This document shows positions 61,529-64,000 of a stretch of DNA of 64,000 bases, piece after piece. The stretch spans positions 310,001 to 374,000 of the forward strand of contig CM075988.1 in NCBI GenBank assembly GCA_038087875.1, in the 5' to 3' direction. The DNA is from Malacoraja senta (taxonomy: Eukaryota). A program made the translations under genes and the position numbers. Under the pieces are notes generated by a model, which was not told the DNA's origin, searched no databases, and worked only from the letters and a program-made list of their open reading frames with translations. Numbering within the stretch: position 1 is the stretch's first letter; every line of letters begins with the position of its first letter.

Positions 61529-61699
61529 CGCAGTTTCTGTAGTTTACAGTCTGGGTTCCTTAAAGCCGCGAACACCAGTTTCAATCCTGAATCGCCCAGG
61601 TCGTTAAAACCTAGGTCTAGCTCAGTCAGTGAGCGGTTTGCATTGAGAGCCAAGGCAAGACTCTCGGCACAAGATGGCTTCAGTCCATTGTTATAGAGC
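61529..61699 (-). CDS. NLR-like gene, LRR exon (171 nt)
   Basis: Acceptor atctccag| and donor |gttagt; encodes LYNNGLKPSCAESLALALNANRSLTELDLGFNDLGDSGLKLVFAALRNPDCKLQKLR. 171 nt is the classic NLRP/RI two-repeat exon size. Confidence 0.9.
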
Positions 61700-62211
61700 C
61701 TGGAGATACAAACGACAGCGCAGTCAAAAATATAATAGATACCAATGCACACATGGAAATCTACGCACACTGCAAAGCTCAGCCACGTTTCCCCGCAAGT
61801 CCCCATCCTGGAGCTTGCATAGCCGCGCTTTCTGCCACTCTGTTCTTCATGTTAGTGCTTCTCCCTTGCTTGGCCTGTAATGCCGCAGTAAATCTCCCCC
61901 AGTCAAGCGGTTCCCGAGAAATGGATGCAGTACGCAGTGGGTTCAGCGATTACTTGCGTTCATTCTGTTTTTGAAGCCAGTCTGCCACAAAACATCCACA
62001 CTGACAACTTTTTCGACTTCAAAAGCACACTTTTACCCCACTGTTGCCGCATTGTAGATCAACGGATAAAATTAATCCAGAAAAGTCCCAGAGGGACATG
62101 GGCCAAAAGTGGGCAGGTGGGACTAGTGTAGATGGGACATGTTGGGCAGTGTGAGCATGTTGGGCCTGTTTCCACGCTGAATCACTCTACGGAAAATGCT
62201 GCCAAAACTCA

Positions 62212-62675
62212 ACAGGTCCCACATTTGACTTTGCTACTCTTTTTCCCTCAACATATCTAAATAAGCTTTTACTGTCCTTCTTTATATTCCTGGCTAGGTT
62301 CCCTTCATACTTCTGCCCGTATTGCCCGTTTTGTTTCCTTCTGTTCTATGAAAGTTTTCCAATCCTCTGGCTTCCAGCTACTCTTTGCCGTGTTATACAT
62401 CTTTTCTTTTAGTTTTATTCTATCCCTAACTTCTCTTGTCAGCCACGGTTGCCTCCTACTCCCCTTAGAATCTTTCTTCCTTTTTGGAATTAAATGATCC
62501 TGCGTCTTCCGGATTATGCCCAGAAATTCCTGCCATTGCTGTTCCACCGTCATTCCTGCTAGGATCCCTTTCCAGTCTACCTTGGCCAGCTCACCTCTCA
62601 TGCCTTCATAGTCCCCTTTGTTCAACTGCATCACCGACACTTCCGATTTAACCTTCTCCTTCTCAAATTGCAGAG
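62212..62675 (-). mobile_element. CR1 family 'C' fragment (intronic)
   Basis: ORF 62305..62640; homologous to 38130-38600. Confidence 0.85.
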
Positions 62676-63085
62676 TAGACTGGGTCTGTATTCCATGGAG
62701 CGCAGGAGGATGAGTGGGATCTTATAGAGGTGTATAAAATCATGAGAGGAATAGATCGGGTAGATGCACAGAATCTCTTGCCCAGAGTAGGGGAATCGAA
62801 CACCAGAGGACATAGGTTCAAGGTGAAGGGCAAAAGAATTAATAGGAATCTGAGGGTAACATTTTCACACAAAGGGTGGTGGGTGTATGGACAAGTTGCC
62901 AGAGGAGGTAGTTGAGGCAGGGACTATCCCAACGTTTAAGAAACAGTTAGACAGGTACATGGATAGGACAGGTTTGGAGCGATATAGACCAAGCGCAGGC
63001 AGGTAGGACTAATGTAGCTGGGACATGTTGGCCGGTATGGGCGTTGGGCCGAAGGGCCTGTTTCCACGCTGTATCACTCTATAAC
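62676..63085 (+). mobile_element. CR1/HER1-like 3' end fragment (intronic)
   Basis: YKIMRGIDRVD..TRGHRFK; tail gggccgaagggcctgtttccacgctgtatcactcta. Confidence 0.8.
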
Positions 63086-63124
63086 TCTTCCAACAATACC
63101 CTTTTTATATTTCAGATTTGCTAC

Positions 63125-63400
63125 ATCTTAGTTTGGTTCGAAGATAGTGTAGAAATGGGCCCTACCACCTATTGAGTCCACGGCGACTATTGACCAGCCG
63201 TTCATACTAGTTCTCTATTATCCCACTTTCCAACCTACTCCCCATACACTAGAGGTAATTTACAGAGGGCCAATTAACCTACAAACCCGCATGTCGTTGG
63301 ATTCTTGAGGCAAACCGCAGCACTCGAAATAAATCCACGGGGTCACAGGGAGAGCGGCAAAATTAAAAGTCAGGACCCGAGATCAGGATGAAACCCGTGT
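63125..63400 (-). mobile_element. Degenerate HE1-like SINE
   Basis: ccaattaacctacaaacc and ccacggggtcacagggagag match the copy at 9900-10310. Confidence 0.55.
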
Positions 63401-63701
63401 CTGTTAAACAAAGTTATCATTTATTGTTGAAACCACGTCATCAGACAAAGGATCGTGACCTGAAACGTTTACTTTGTTAATCTTGCCTCAGATGCTGCCT
63501 GGCCTTTTTATATTTTTCTATCTTTTTCATTCCCTTCTCTGAACACAAGTTGATTGAACGCAGCTGCTTTGCGCGTACTTTAGTTCCTCCGGATCGAGAC
63601 GGTGACAAGAGGCACATAGAGCCTGTGGCAAAGGTGTTCAATTCAGGCTCGGTATCGGAAAGTGATGAAGATGCCCCGACCTCTTACAATCTGGCACGTA
63701 C

Positions 63702-63788
63702 CGCAGTCTCTGTATTTTACAGTCGGTGTTCCTCAGAGCCGCAGACACCACCTTCACTCCAGAGTCTCCCAGTTTATTGTTCTCCAAT
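63702..63788 (-). CDS. NLR-like gene, LRR exon (87 nt)
   Basis: Acceptor ttctgtttag| and donor |gtacgt; encodes LENNKLGDSGVKVVSAALRNTDCKIQRLR; phase 2-2. Confidence 0.87.
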
Positions 63789-63877
63789 CTAAACAGAAGC
63801 AGAGTGAGAATCTGATTTAGACCCCCAGCCCCAACAGAACTCTCCCACTTGGACGATAACATTTATAATCTCGTGTC

Positions 63878-64000
63878 GGAAGGAACTGCAGATGCTGGTT
63901 TAAACCGTAGACACAAAAAGCTGGAGTAACTCAATGGGACAGGCAGCATCTCTGGAGAGAAGGAATGGGTGACGGTTCGGGCCGAGACCCTCTTCAGACT
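63878..64000 (-). mobile_element. Short hammerhead-core/Penelope-like repeat, runs to the window edge
   Basis: Minus strand reads ctgaagagggtctcggcccgaaccgtcacccattcc...gcatctgcagttcctt. Confidence 0.65.

Overview
This is eukaryotic vertebrate DNA, not prokaryotic. The HE1/V-SINE-like SINEs and the abundant esterase-ORF1 CR1 LINEs suggest a cartilaginous fish such as a skate or ray (inference). Most of the window is nested transposon debris. It includes several CR1 families, Rex1/Babar-like LINE fragments, L1 3' fragments, a Penelope-like RT fragment and a full-length CsRn1-type Gypsy element with both LTRs. It also holds a Mag-type Gypsy remnant, a structurally complete but coding-decayed DIRS element, and MITEs. 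Two host genes can be rebuilt by splicing on the minus strand: the first three coding exons of an SLC43A3-like transporter (17.3-19.2 kb, with a CpG-rich 5' region) and the last four exons of an NLR-type leucine-rich-repeat gene (60.7-63.8 kb). The most interesting signals are (1) about nine short, often inverted, TSD-flanked insertions carrying a minimal hammerhead ribozyme core, (2) the DIRS element with intact ITR/ICR architecture, (3) a THAP-derived MITE inserted into its own family member in reverse orientation, (4) a 16-bp TTAAGGG-containing array in a CR1 5' UTR, and (5) a roughly 400-bp palindrome centred on (AT)n. I see no firm evidence for a wholly new biological system. All family assignments come from motif recognition; no database search was run.
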